Part shown: in pieces, positions 18,002-28,842 of the stretch | How the letters are laid out: each line of letters opens with the position of its first letter | Numbering within the stretch: position 1 is the stretch's first letter | DNA from: Escherichia coli | Lineage (GTDB): Bacteria > Pseudomonadota > Gammaproteobacteria > Enterobacterales > Enterobacteriaceae | DNA: 64,000 bases | Reading direction: 5' to 3' (one strand) | Assembly: GCF_024700885.2 (NCBI RefSeq) | Contig: NZ_CP117016.1 | Notes under the pieces: generated by a model | Databases searched by the model: none | What the model was told of the DNA's origin: nothing | What the model saw: the letters and a program-made list of their open reading frames with translations, nothing else | Made by a program: the position numbers and the translations under genes

Positions 18002-19459
18002 TTACTTCGCCGGAATTTCTTTCAGCAGTTCAGTCAGCAGTGTCCAGTAATGACCAACGCTTTCGATATGAACCTGCTCATCCGGAGAGTGCGGACCGGT
18101 GATGGTTGGCCCGATAGAAACCATGTCCATTTCCGGATACGGTTTTTTAAACAGACCACATTCCAGGCCCGCGTGGATAATCTGGATGTTCGGCGTCTTG
18201 TTGAACAGACGCTGATAGGTTTCACGCACCAGGTGCATCACCGGAGAATTAGCGTCCGGCTGCCAGCCTGGATACGCGCCTTTCGCTTCGGTTTTCGCGC
18301 CAGCCAGTTTACCCAGCGAATCCAGCATGCTCACCACGTAGTCTTTACCGCTGTCGATCAGAGAACGGATCAGGCAGTGAATTTCTACGTTATTGTCAGT
18401 CATGGTCACCACACCGACGTTCAGGGAGGTTTCGACCACACCTTTTGCCACGTCGGAGTTGCGGATCACACCGTTCGGGGTAGCGTTCAGCAGACGAATA
18501 AAGGTATCGCGAGATTTCGCAATCAGGGCAGCTTTATCGTTCGCAACAGAGTCCAGCAGCAATGCCAGATTTTTCTCTTTCTCTGCCAGCTCGTTTTTCA
18601 GGATCTCCTGATAGGTATTCACCAGAGATTTCAGTGCGTCGACTTTATCAGCTGCGACAGCAATCGTCGCAAAGGCTTCACGCGGGATGGCGTTACGCAG
18701 TGTGCCACCGTTGAAATCGATAAGGCGCAGGTCCAGCTCTTCCGCATGACCCGCCAGGAAGCGCACCAGCAGTTTGTTGGCATTACCCAGGCCAACGTGG
18801 ATTTCACCGCCGGAGTGACCGCCTTTCAGGCCTTTTAAGGTTAACTTGAAGGTTTCAAAGCCAGCTGGAACCGCTTCACGATCTAAATGCAGGTTGGAGG
18901 TAAAGTCGATACCCCCCGCGCAACCCATGTAGATTTCACCTTCCTCTTCGGAGTCGGTGTTAATCAGAATATCAGCCTGCAACCAGTTGCTCTGTAAGCC
19001 AAAAGCACCATCCATACCGGCTTCTTCGGTCATGGTCAGCAGCACTTCCAGCGGGCCGTGAACCACGTTTTCGTCAGCCAGAACCGCCAGCGCAGACGCC
19101 ATACCAATGCCGTTATCCGCACCCAGCGTGGTGCCGCGCGCTTTAACCCATTCGCCATCAATATAAGGCTGGATAGGATCTTTAGTGAAGTCATGCACAG
19201 TGTCGTTATTTTTCTGCGGCACCATATCGAGGTGGGCCTGCAAGACGACCGGTTTACGATTTTCCATACCTGCGGTAGCAGGTTTACGAATCAGGATATT
19301 ACCTACCTGATCGCGTTCGACATGGAAACCTTTCTCTTTTGCCCAACCAACAATGTATTCAGCGAGTTGCTCTTCATGATAGGACGGGTGAGGAATAGAA
19401 CAGATTTTGGCAAAAATATCCCACAGCGGCTGTGGAGATAATTGAGACAGTTCAGACAC
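18002..19459 (-). CDS. pepD: Aminoacyl-histidine dipeptidase (peptidase D)
   Basis: 485 aa MSELSQLSPQPLWDIFAKICSIPHPSYHEEQL... Confidence 0.97.
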   Translation of the reverse strand: MSELSQLSPQPLWDIFAKICSIPHPSYHEEQLAEYIVGWAKEKGFHVERDQVGNILIRKPATAGMENRKPVVLQAHLDMVPQKNNDTVHDFTKDPIQPYIDGEWVKARGTTLGADNGIGMASALAVLADENVVHGPLEVLLTMTEEAGMDGAFGLQSNWLQADILINTDSEEEGEIYMGCAGGIDFTSNLHLDREAVPAGFETFKLTLKGLKGGHSGGEIHVGLGNANKLLVRFLAGHAEELDLRLIDFNGGTLRNAIPREAFATIAVAADKVDALKSLVNTYQEILKNELAEKEKNLALLLDSVANDKAALIAKSRDTFIRLLNATPNGVIRNSDVAKGVVETSLNVGVVTMTDNNVEIHCLIRSLIDSGKDYVVSMLDSLGKLAGAKTEAKGAYPGWQPDANSPVMHLVRETYQRLFNKTPNIQIIHAGLECGLFKKPYPEMDMVSIGPTITGPHSPDEQVHIESVGHYWTLLTELLKEIPAK

Positions 19460-19719
19460 GTTAAGTCTCCTTGTCGATCACCCGCAAAACAGTATTGCAG
19501 GTCACAGGGTTAGCAGAAAATGTTGTCAACACAAGACAGGCTTGCGAGATATGTTTGAGAATACCACTTTATCCCGCGTCAGGGAGAGGCAGTGCGTAAA
19601 AAGACGCGGACTCATGTGAAATACTGGTTTTTAGTGCGCCAGATCTCTATAATCTCGCGCAACCTATTTTCCCCTCGAACACTTTTTAAGCCGTAGATAA
19701 ACAGGCTGGGACACTTCAC

Positions 19720-20178
19720 ATGAGCGAAAAATACATCGTCACCTGGGACATGTTGCAGATCCATGCACGTAAACTCGCAAGCCGACTGATGCCTTCTGAA
19801 CAATGGAAAGGCATTATTGCCGTAAGCCGTGGCGGTCTGGTACCGGGTGCGTTACTGGCGCGTGAACTGGGTATTCGTCATGTCGATACCGTTTGTATTT
19901 CCAGCTACGATCACGACAACCAGCGCGAGCTTAAAGTGCTGAAACGTGCAGAAGGCGATGGCGAAGGCTTCATCGTTATTGATGACCTGGTGGATACCGG
20001 TGGTACTGCGGTTGCGATTCGTGAAATGTATCCAAAAGCGCACTTTGTCACCATCTTCGCAAAACCGGCCGGTCGCCCGCTGGTTGATGATTATGTTGTT
20101 GATATCCCGCAAGATACCTGGATCGAACAGCCGTGGGATATGGGCGTCGTATTCGTCCCGCCAATCTCCGGTCGCTAA
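19720..20178 (+). CDS. gpt: Xanthine-guanine phosphoribosyltransferase
   Basis: 152 aa [23 protein letters not shown]...; PRPP motif [13 protein letters not shown]. Confidence 0.97.
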
Positions 20179-20185
20179 TCTTTTC

Positions 20186-20217
20186 AACGCCTGGCACTGC
20201 CGGGCGTTGTTCTTTTT
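20186..20217 (+). terminator. Rho-independent terminator of gpt
   Basis: aacgcctgg/ccgggcgtt stem followed by tgttcttttt. Confidence 0.75.
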
Positions 20218-20269
20218 AACTTCAGGCAGGTTACAATAGTTTCCAGTAAGTATTCTGGAGGCTGCATCC

Positions 20270-21514
20270 ATGACACAGGCAAACCTGAGCGAAACCCTGT
20301 TCAAACCCCGCTTTAAACATCCTGAAACCTCGACGCTAGTTCGCCGCTTTAATCACGGCGCACAACCGCCTGTGCAGTCGGCCCTTGATGGTAAAACCAT
20401 CCCTCACTGGTATCGCATGATTAACCGTCTGATGTGGATCTGGCGCGGCATTGACCCACGTGAAATCCTCGACGTCCAGGCACGTATTGTGATGAGCGAT
20501 GCCGAACGTACCGACGATGATTTATACGATACGGTGATTGGCTACCGCGGCGGCAACTGGATTTATGAGTGGGCTACCCAGGCGATGGTGTGGCAACAAA
20601 AAGCCTGTGCGGAAGAAGATCCGCAACTCAGTGGTCGTCACTGGCTGCATGCGGCTACGTTGTACAACATTGCCGCCTATCCTCATCTGAAAGGAGATGA
20701 CCTGGCCGAGCAAGCGCAGGCTTTGTCAAACCGCGCCTATGAAGAGGCCGCCCAGCGTCTGCCGGGCACCATGCGGCAGATGGAGTTTACCGTACCCGGC
20801 GGTGCGCCCATCACCGGCTTTTTGCATATGCCGAAAGGGGATGGCCCGTTCCCGACAGTATTAATGTGTGGTGGTCTGGATGCGATGCAGACGGACTATT
20901 ACAGCCTGTATGAACGTTATTTTGCGCCGCGCGGCATTGCGATGCTGACTATTGATATGCCGTCGGTGGGCTTTTCTTCAAAATGGAAGCTCACCCAGGA
21001 CTCCAGCCTGTTGCATCAGCACGTCTTAAAGGCGCTGCCTAACGTACCGTGGGTAGATCACACTCGCGTCGCGGCCTTTGGTTTCCGTTTCGGCGCTAAC
21101 GTTGCCGTACGTCTGGCATACCTTGAATCGCCGCGTCTGAAAGCGGTTGCCTGTCTTGGTCCGGTAGTTCATACCCTGTTGAGTGATTTTAAGTGCCAGC
21201 AACAGGTGCCGGAAATGTATCTTGACGTTCTGGCGAGTCGTTTGGGGATGCATGATGCTTCCGACGAAGCGTTGCGCGTGGAGCTGAATCGCTATTCATT
21301 AAAAGTGCAAGGATTGCTGGGACGTCGCTGCCCAACGCCAATGTTATCAGGCTACTGGAAGAACGATCCGTTCAGCCCGGAAGAGGACTCACGCTTAATC
21401 ACCTCATCATCTGCTGACGGTAAATTATTAGAGATCCCATTTAACCCAGTGTATCGGAATTTTGACAAAGGTCTTCAGGAAATCACCGACTGGATCGAAA
21501 AACGATTGTGTTAA
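20270..21514 (+). CDS. frsA: Fermentation-respiration switch esterase FrsA
   Basis: 414 aa [27 protein letters not shown]... Confidence 0.96.
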
Positions 21515-21973
<459 letters not shown>

Positions 21974-21981
21974 GTGAAATG

Positions 21982-22004
21982 TGCCGGATGCATCACATCC
22001 GGCA
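21982..22004. terminator. Bidirectional hairpin between convergent crl and phoE
   Basis: tgccggatg catca catccggca (9-bp stem). Confidence 0.65.
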
Positions 22005-22011
22005 ATATCCA

Positions 22012-23067
22012 TTAAAACTGATAGGTCATGCCAACCGCGACAATATCATCATTATTGATGTTCAGCTTATTATCGCTATCCAGTTGGTTTATTTTATAAT
22101 CAACAAATGCCGACATATTTTTGTTGAAATAATACGTAGCACCAACATCGATATAATTGACCAGATCTTCATCACCGATGCCTTCAATATCTTTCCCTTT
22201 CGATAAGACATAACCCAGCGACGGACGTAGACCAAAGTCAAACTGGTATTGGGCGACCGCTTCAAAGTTCTGTGTCTTATTGGCAAAGCCGCCAGTTATT
22301 GGCGTCATTTTGCGTGTTTCAGAATAGAAAGTTGCCAGATAAATATTATTGGCATCGTATTTCAGACCTGTTGCCCATGCTTCTGCACGCTTGCCTGTGC
22401 CACGGCTTTGCAGGTTCTGCTCGTTGGTGCGATCAGAGTTGGTATAGGCTCCACTGATGGCGAAATCGCTGCCACCAAAGTCATATGTCAATGACGTGCC
22501 GAAGCCATCGCCGTTTTGCTTTTTAACGTCGCGGTTTTCGTTTTTCCCTTGATATTGCAGGGTTAAGTTCAGACCATCGATAACGCCGAAGAAGTCGGTG
22601 TTCCTATACGTCGCCAGACCGCTGGCACGTTTGGTCATAAAGTTGTCGGTCTGTGCGGAGGAGTCGCCACCAAATTCCGGGAACATATCGGTCCAGGCTT
22701 CCACGTCATACAGCGCGCCCAGGTTACGACCATAATCGAAAGAACCCAAATCTTTATATTTCAACCCGGCAAAAGCGAGACGTGTTTTTTGCTGTGCAGT
22801 ATCACTCTCTGCTTTATTACCGGCAAACTCTGCTTCCCAGCGACCATAACCGGTCAATTGATCGTTAATTTGTGTTTCGCCTTTAAAACCAAAACGGATA
22901 TAACTCTGGTCGCCATCTTTACTGTCATTATCACTCATATAATGCATGGCTTTAACTTTGCCATAGACATCCAGTTTATTACCGTCTTTGTTATATATTT
23001 CTGCGGCCTGTACGGATGCAGATGCCACAATGCCCATCACCACTAATGCCAGAGTGCTCTTTTTCAT
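22012..23067 (-). CDS. phoE: Phosphate-starvation porin PhoE
   Basis: ORF 22012-23073; [37 protein letters not shown] from M3 gives 351 aa, ending in the porin C-terminal F. Confidence 0.96.
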   Translation of the reverse strand: MKKSTLALVVMGIVASASVQAAEIYNKDGNKLDVYGKVKAMHYMSDNDSKDGDQSYIRFGFKGETQINDQLTGYGRWEAEFAGNKAESDTAQQKTRLAFAGLKYKDLGSFDYGRNLGALYDVEAWTDMFPEFGGDSSAQTDNFMTKRASGLATYRNTDFFGVIDGLNLTLQYQGKNENRDVKKQNGDGFGTSLTYDFGGSDFAISGAYTNSDRTNEQNLQSRGTGKRAEAWATGLKYDANNIYLATFYSETRKMTPITGGFANKTQNFEAVAQYQFDFGLRPSLGYVLSKGKDIEGIGDEDLVNYIDVGATYYFNKNMSAFVDYKINQLDSDNKLNINNDDIVAVGMTYQF

Positions 23068-23148
23068 TTTCATTCCTGATTTTAATTAACGCGCGAATAT
23101 TCAGCGGGAGAGTCCCGTTGAAAACAGGAAAGTTTTTAACCTGAGATT

Positions 23149-23166
23149 GTTAAAGATATATTACAG
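23149..23166 (-). promoter_or_regulatory. Pho box (PhoB site) of the phoE promoter
   Basis: Reverse strand reads CTGTAATATATCTTTAACA about 80 nt upstream of the phoE ATG; a second CTGTAATAAAAGCGTAAAC-like half in opposite orientation lies at about 23204-23222. Confidence 0.75.
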
Positions 23167-23354
23167 ATTAATAATATTCTTAAAATGTGGTAATTTATTA
23201 AATCTGTAATAAAAGCGTAAACAACTGCCGCTACGCTTGCTGATCCCGCGCAACAAAACGCCATGCTTTGCTCGCAGATGGTTGGCAACCGACGACAGTC
23301 CTGCTAAAACGTTCGTTTGATATCATTTTTCCTAAAATTGAATGGCAGAGAATC

Positions 23355-24458
23355 ATGAGTGACAGCCAGACGCTGGTGGTAAAACTCGGCACCAGTGTGC
23401 TAACAGGCGGATCGCGCCGTCTGAACCGTGCCCATATCGTTGAACTTGTTCGCCAGTGCGCGCAGTTACATGCCGCCGGGCATCGGATTGTTATTGTGAC
23501 GTCGGGCGCGATCGCCGCCGGACGTGAGCACCTGGGTTACCCGGAACTGCCAGCGACTATCGCCTCGAAACAACTGCTGGCGGCGGTAGGGCAGAGTCGA
23601 CTGATTCAACTGTGGGAACAGCTGTTTTCTATTTATGGCATTCACGTCGGGCAAATGCTGCTGACCCGTGCTGATATGGAAGACCGTGAACGCTTCCTGA
23701 ACGCCCGCGACACCCTGCGTGCGTTGCTCGATAACAATATCGTTCCGGTAATCAATGAGAACGATGCTGTCGCTACTGCAGAGATTAAGGTCGGCGATAA
23801 CGACAATCTTTCTGCGCTGGCGGCGATTCTGGCGGGTGCCGATAAACTGTTGCTGCTGACCGATCAAAAAGGTTTGTATACCGCTGACCCGCGCAGCAAT
23901 CCGCAGGCAGAACTGATTAAAGATGTTTACGGCATTGATGACGCACTGCGCGCGATTGCTGGCGACAGCGTTTCAGGCCTCGGAACTGGCGGCATGAGTA
24001 CCAAATTGCAGGCCGCAGACGTGGCTTGCCGTGCGGGTATCGACACCATTATTGCCGCGGGCAGCAAGCCGGGCGTTATTGGTGATGTGATGGAAGGCAT
24101 TTCCGTCGGTACGCTGTTCCATGCCCAGGCGACTCCGCTTGAAAACCGTAAACGCTGGATTTTCGGTGCACCACCTGCGGGTGAAATCACGGTAGATGAA
24201 GGGGCAACCGCCGCCATTCTTGAACGCGGCAGCTCCCTGTTGCCGAAAGGCATTAAGAGCGTAACTGGCAATTTCTCGCGTGGTGAAGTCATCCGCATTT
24301 GCAACCTCGAAGGTCGCGATATCGCCCACGGCGTCAGTCGTTACAACAGCGATGCATTACGCCGCATTGCCGGACACCACTCGCAAGAAATTGATGCAAT
24401 ACTGGGATATGAATATGGCCCGGTTGCCGTTCACCGTGATGACATGATTACCCGTTAA
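23355..24458 (+). CDS. proB: Glutamate 5-kinase
   Basis: ORF 23268-24458; [19 protein letters not shown] from ATG 23355 gives 367 aa. Confidence 0.96.
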
Positions 24459-24469
24459 GGAGCAGGCTG

Positions 24470-25723
24470 ATGCTGGAACAAATGGGCATTGCCGCGAAGC
24501 AAGCCTCGTATAAATTAGCGCAACTCTCCAGCCGCGAAAAAAATCGCGTGCTGGAAAAAATCGCCGATGAACTGGAAGCACAGAGCGAAATCATCCTCAA
24601 CGCTAACGCCCAGGATGTTGCTGACGCGCGTGCCAATGGCCTTAGCGAAGCGATGATTGACCGTCTGGCACTGACGCCCGCACGGCTGAAAGGCATTGCC
24701 GATGATGTGCGCCAGGTGTGCAACCTCGCCGATCCGGTGGGGCAGGTAATCGATGGTGGCGTGCTGGACAGTGGCCTGCGTCTGGAGCGCCGTCGCGTGC
24801 CGCTGGGTGTGATTGGCGTGATTTATGAAGCGCGGCCGAACGTGACGGTTGATGTCGCTTCGCTGTGCCTGAAAACCGGTAACGCAGTGATCCTGCGTGG
24901 TGGCAAAGAAACCTGTCGCACTAACGCTGCAACGGTGGCGGTGATTCAGGACGCCCTGAAATCCTGCGATTTACCGGCAGGCGCAGTACAAGCGATTGAT
25001 AATCCTGACCGCGCGCTGGTCAGTGAAATGCTGCGTATGGATAAATACATCGACATGCTGATCCCGCGTGGTGGCGCTGGCCTGCATAAACTGTGCCGCG
25101 AACAGTCGACGATCCCGGTGATCACAGGTGGTATAGGCGTATGCCATATTTATGTTGATGAAAGTGCAGAGATCGCTGAAGCCCTGAAAGTAATCGTCAA
25201 CGCGAAAACCCAGCGTCCGAGCACATGTAATACGGTTGAAACGTTGCTGGTGAATAAAAACATCGCCGATAGCTTCCTGCCTGTGTTAAGCAAACAGATG
25301 GCTGAAAGCGGTGTGACGTTACACGCCGATGCTACCGCACTGACGCAATTGCAGGCAGGTCCCGCGAAGGTGGTTGCTGTTAAAGCTGAAGAGTATGACG
25401 ATGAGTTTCTGTCATTAGATTTGAACGTCAAAATCGTCAGCGATCTTGACGATGCCATCGCCCATATTCGTGAACACGGCACACAACACTCCGATGCGAT
25501 CCTGACCCGCGATATGCGCAACGCCCAGCGTTTTGTTAATGAAGTAGATTCATCCGCTGTTTACGTTAACGCCTCTACGCGTTTTACCGACGGCGGCCAG
25601 TTTGGACTGGGCGCGGAAGTGGCGGTAAGCACACAAAAACTCCACGCGCGTGGCCCAATGGGGCTGGAAGCGCTGACCACTTACAAGTGGATCGGCATTG
25701 GTGATTACACCATTCGTGCGTAA
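24470..25723 (+). CDS. proA: Gamma-glutamyl phosphate reductase
   Basis: 417 aa [36 protein letters not shown]... Confidence 0.96.
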   Translation: MLEQMGIAAKQASYKLAQLSSREKNRVLEKIADELEAQSEIILNANAQDVADARANGLSEAMIDRLALTPARLKGIADDVRQVCNLADPVGQVIDGGVLDSGLRLERRRVPLGVIGVIYEARPNVTVDVASLCLKTGNAVILRGGKETCRTNAATVAVIQDALKSCDLPAGAVQAIDNPDRALVSEMLRMDKYIDMLIPRGGAGLHKLCREQSTIPVITGGIGVCHIYVDESAEIAEALKVIVNAKTQRPSTCNTVETLLVNKNIADSFLPVLSKQMAESGVTLHADATALTQLQAGPAKVVAVKAEEYDDEFLSLDLNVKIVSDLDDAIAHIREHGTQHSDAILTRDMRNAQRFVNEVDSSAVYVNASTRFTDGGQFGLGAEVAVSTQKLHARGPMGLEALTTYKWIGIGDYTIRA

Positions 25724-25837
25724 ATAAAACCGGGTGATGCAAAAGTAGCCATTTGATTCACAAGGCCATTGACGCATCGCCCGGTTAGTTTTAACCTTGT
25801 CCACCGTGATTCACGTTCGTGAACATGTCCTTTCAGG

Positions 25838-25913
25838 GCCGATATAGCTCAGTTGGTAGAGCAGCGCATTCGTAATGCGAAGGTCGTAGGTTCGACTCCT
25901 ATTATCGGCACCA
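25838..25913 (+). tRNA. thrW: tRNA-Thr (anticodon CGT)
   Basis: 76 nt GCCGATATAGCTCAGTTGGTAGAGCAGCGCATTCGTAATGCGAAGGTCGTAGGTTCGACTCCTATTATCGGCACCA: acceptor stem pairs, T-loop GGTTCGA, encoded CCA. Confidence 0.95.
25897..25913 (+). repeat. attL core (3' end of thrW)
   Basis: TCCTATTATCGGCACCA, repeated with one G missing at 38138-38153. Confidence 0.8.
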
Positions 25914-26077
25914 TCACCTAGTTTTCCCAAGTCAACCCACATCAACAAAATCATTTAAAAACATATATATTACGTTGTTTTCATACGTTTGAGGTCAACC
26001 CTTGTCTCTTGAAATCAACACGCGGTTGGGGGCACAATCAGGGGCATGTTCTGTTCGGTCTAGGAAATGTGCCCCCA

Positions 26078-27268
26078 ATGATGCTGAATGCCCGCAAGGT
26101 TGAAGCTGCGAAAGGAAAAGAGAAGAGCTACAAGCTGTTTGATGGAGGTGGCCTATATCTTCAGGTCGAACCTAATGGCTCGCGTTACTGGCGTATGAAA
26201 TACCGTTTTGCTGGTAAAGAGAAACGATTGTCCTTTGGTGTTTATCCAACAGTCACACTTGCTGATGCCAGACAAAAACGAGAAGACGCGAAGAAACTAC
26301 TCGCAGCAGGTGAAGATCCCGGCGAAGTCAAAAAAGCCAAAAAGCAGGCTTTAAATGCAGCGATTGAGACACTTAACCCATTCAGAGAAGTGGCGTTAGA
26401 GTGGCACAAAATGAAATCACCCAAATGGTCTGAGGGCTATGCTTCCGACATCATTGAGGCATTCGAGAAAGACATTTTCCCGCATATTGGGCACAGACCT
26501 ATAGCTGATATTCAGCCCCTTGAACTGCTTGAAGTTCTGAGATTGATAGAAGCTCGAGGCGCTATGGAGAAAGCGAAGAAAGTCCGTCAGCGATGCGGTG
26601 AAGTTTTTCGCTATGCCATCGTAACGGGTAGGGCAATCTACAATCCGGCACCGGATCTTGCCAGTGCGATGCAAGGACATGAAGCAGTCCACTATCCATT
26701 CCTCAAAGCCAACGAACTACCGGAGTTCTTTAATGCCCTTAATTCTTATTCAGGAAGTCCAATTGTATTGTTGGGGGCGCATTTACTTATCCTGACAGGT
26801 CTACGAACTGGAGAACTACGAGCAGGTGAGTGGCGAGAGGTGGATTTTGATAATGCGGTGTGGGAGATCCCAAAAGAACGTATGAAAATGCGTAGGAGCC
26901 ATATTGTCCCGTTGTCAAAACAAGCATTATCCCATCTCAAAAGTTTGAAAGAACTAACTGGGAACTACCCGCTGATGTTCCCTGGACGCAACGATCCTAG
27001 CAAATTTATGAGTGAAGCAAGCATTAATCAGGTGTTTAAACGTATTGGATATGCAGGGCGTGTTACGGGGCATGGTTTCAGGCATACGATGAGTACAATC
27101 CTACATGAGAAAGGATTTAACAGCGCTTGGATTGAAACCCAGCTTGCTCATTCGGACAAAAACTCTATTCGTGGAATTTATAACCATGCCCAATATCTCG
27201 AAGGGAGAAGAGAAATGATGCAATGGTATGCTAATTATTTATCTGAGCTAATTGGTACTCATAAATGA
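26078..27268 (+). CDS. int: Tyrosine recombinase, P4-type integrase
   Basis: ORF 26009-27268 (TTG); likely ATG 26078: MMLNARKVEAAKGKEKSYKLFDGGGLYLQVEPNGSRYWRMKYRFAGKEKRLSFGVYP (P4-int N-terminal arm domain); catalytic HGFRHT...H..R..Y region near the C-terminus. Confidence 0.9.
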   Translation: MMLNARKVEAAKGKEKSYKLFDGGGLYLQVEPNGSRYWRMKYRFAGKEKRLSFGVYPTVTLADARQKREDAKKLLAAGEDPGEVKKAKKQALNAAIETLNPFREVALEWHKMKSPKWSEGYASDIIEAFEKDIFPHIGHRPIADIQPLELLEVLRLIEARGAMEKAKKVRQRCGEVFRYAIVTGRAIYNPAPDLASAMQGHEAVHYPFLKANELPEFFNALNSYSGSPIVLLGAHLLILTGLRTGELRAGEWREVDFDNAVWEIPKERMKMRRSHIVPLSKQALSHLKSLKELTGNYPLMFPGRNDPSKFMSEASINQVFKRIGYAGRVTGHGFRHTMSTILHEKGFNSAWIETQLAHSDKNSIRGIYNHAQYLEGRREMMQWYANYLSELIGTHK

Positions 27269-28089
27269 ATATTTTAAAAATTAATAATACTGATTCTCTG
27301 CTCAGAGATTACTACCAGTTGGATGAAGCTTCAGAAAAAATTGGTTGTAGTGAAAAGGATATACTCTGGTTTGCCAGAGAACGAGATGTAGAGCTATGCA
27401 TGGAATTCCATGATGATGAGTATGATGTTTCATGTGGTTTGAAGATTGATGGTCAAATGGATGAGTTCTTATCTAATCTGAAATATTTACCACGAGATAG
27501 AAATGGCAATATTATGTTGTCAGACTTAAGTTCTATAAGAATCCCTGATGAAGATAATTTAATTGATAAAAATGGTTTTATTCGATGTTTCATATCCGGT
27601 TTATGGGCTGTTGATTATGAATATAAAGATCTGTTAGTTAAGCATGAGGGGCAACCGGATTCCTGGCCTATTCATTTTCTACTGGCGGGTACGCCTAATA
27701 TAAATTGTAAGGTAATTCTTTATGTAAATTATGATGAAAAAGAAAATTATTATCTTTTTGAGGTTTTGTGGATTACAAAGGTACAGATTCAAAAATTCAT
27801 TGATATAGTCTTATGCGAACAAAAGCGGATAAAAAACGCCAATAAATATAAATCACAATCTGAGGCGCAAAAACAAAAACATGCTGTTCCTCGAGCTGAA
27901 ATACTCATGGCTATTATTTCGCTCTATCATCGTGATATGAGGCTAAGAAGAGAGAGTCCAGCAGCGATAGCTGATTATCTTTTTCAACATGCCAGTGAGT
28001 TCTGGCCTAAGACCGGAGAACCGCCTTTGAGCTATGATACTGTTGTTAGTTTGCTACGTAGTTGCATGAAAAACACTAAGTTTAACTAA
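27265..28089 (+). CDS. Hypothetical protein, translationally coupled to int (ATGA overlap), AT-rich
   Basis: 274-aa ORF; no family recognised by eye; possible N-terminal HTH (LDEASEKIGCSEKDILWFARE). Confidence 0.6.
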   Translation: MNILKINNTDSLLRDYYQLDEASEKIGCSEKDILWFARERDVELCMEFHDDEYDVSCGLKIDGQMDEFLSNLKYLPRDRNGNIMLSDLSSIRIPDEDNLIDKNGFIRCFISGLWAVDYEYKDLLVKHEGQPDSWPIHFLLAGTPNINCKVILYVNYDEKENYYLFEVLWITKVQIQKFIDIVLCEQKRIKNANKYKSQSEAQKQKHAVPRAEILMAIISLYHRDMRLRRESPAAIADYLFQHASEFWPKTGEPPLSYDTVVSLLRSCMKNTKFN

Positions 28090-28214
28090 ATATTAACAAT
28101 TATTGTGGCTAATGATTTTGGATTTTTTTCATTAGTCACATTTTTCTCATTTATAACCTATGTTTTAATTTTCCGTGTTGAAGCCAATAGACTTAGATAA
28201 ACGGAGAATGATGA

Positions 28215-28421
28215 ATGTTATCTAAACATGATAATACTACTTTGCAACGACCTTCAATGGATTCTCTGATCGATATGAAGTTTATTACTTCCGATTGTTT
28301 ATTAAGTGATAAATGGATTTATCGATTGATTTCTCTGAATCGCTTTCCAAAACCTATAAAAATAGGTCGGATGTCACGATGGCGCGCTGCTGATTATTAT
28401 AAGTGGCGAGATGGGTTTTAA
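28215..28421 (+). CDS. alpA: AlpA-family transcriptional regulator / excisionase-like protein
   Basis: 68 aa; SDKWIYRLISLNRFPKPIKIGRMSRWRAADYYKW matches the AlpA/Vis HTH pattern (..iyrli..g.FPkPikiG.rs.W...ev..W). Confidence 0.75.
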   Translation: MLSKHDNTTLQRPSMDSLIDMKFITSDCLLSDKWIYRLISLNRFPKPIKIGRMSRWRAADYYKWRDGF

Positions 28422-28537
28422 GAAAACTCAGGTCAACATTTTGAGGGAATGAGAAATAAGGCAAGAGCAATTAATAAAGGGAATAGATTATCACCTACTC
28501 CCTAAGCCTTAATTGATAGTTAGTAATATTTAACTGA

Positions 28538-28711
28538 TTAGCCTTTAGGGTCAATCCCGCGTGATTGGAGTTCTTTGCGTAAAATTCTTTTAATCCAAGT
28601 TGCCAACGCGCTATCTCCATCTTTGCGCATTTCGTTTTCGAGTTGCAACCTAAAATCGTCGGTAAGACGCATTTGGAATGGTGGAGAACGTTTCTCTTGT
28701 GGTGTTGACAT
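28538..28711 (-). CDS. Small ribbon-helix-helix (Arc/MetJ-like) DNA-binding protein, candidate satellite repressor
   Basis: 57-aa ORF below the ORF-track cutoff, translated by hand: MSTPQEKRSPPFQMRLTDDFRLQLENEMRKDGDSALATWIKRILRKELQSRGIDPKG; beta-strand FQMRL plus two helices; its start codon lies inside the operator repeat. Confidence 0.6.
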   Translation of the reverse strand: MSTPQEKRSPPFQMRLTDDFRLQLENEMRKDGDSALATWIKRILRKELQSRGIDPKG

Positions 28712-28751
28712 GGTAATTACCCTAGAATATGATGACTACATGGTAATTACC
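28705..28751 (+). promoter_or_regulatory. Early rightward promoter (TTGACA-17-TATGAT) bracketed by two ACATGGTAATTACC operator repeats
   Basis: TTGACA 28705-28710, TATGAT 28728-28733; 14-bp direct repeats at 28708-28721 and 28738-28751, each with the perfect palindrome GGTAATTACC. Confidence 0.65.
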
Positions 28752-28842
28752 ATTGTAAGTATAGTTCGCTTGTAAAAGCAATGCCCGATTGTGCGGGAAC
28801 ACAAATCGGGCATTTAACCAACCGTTATAAGAGGTAACGAAG

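Noticed and set aside
22021-23046. Multiple 60-85-aa ORFs on both strands within phoE
   Set aside because: All are nested in or antisense to the well-supported porin gene.
25724-25837. Possible thrW promoter (TTGACG...TAACCT) and small palindrome TCACGTTCGTGA
   Set aside because: It is plausible, but the -10 is weak and I cannot support the coordinates from sequence alone.
28575-28775. 66-aa plus-strand ORF
   Set aside because: It is antisense to the 57-aa RHH gene and runs through the operator/promoter region. The RHH reading is supported by its fold pattern.
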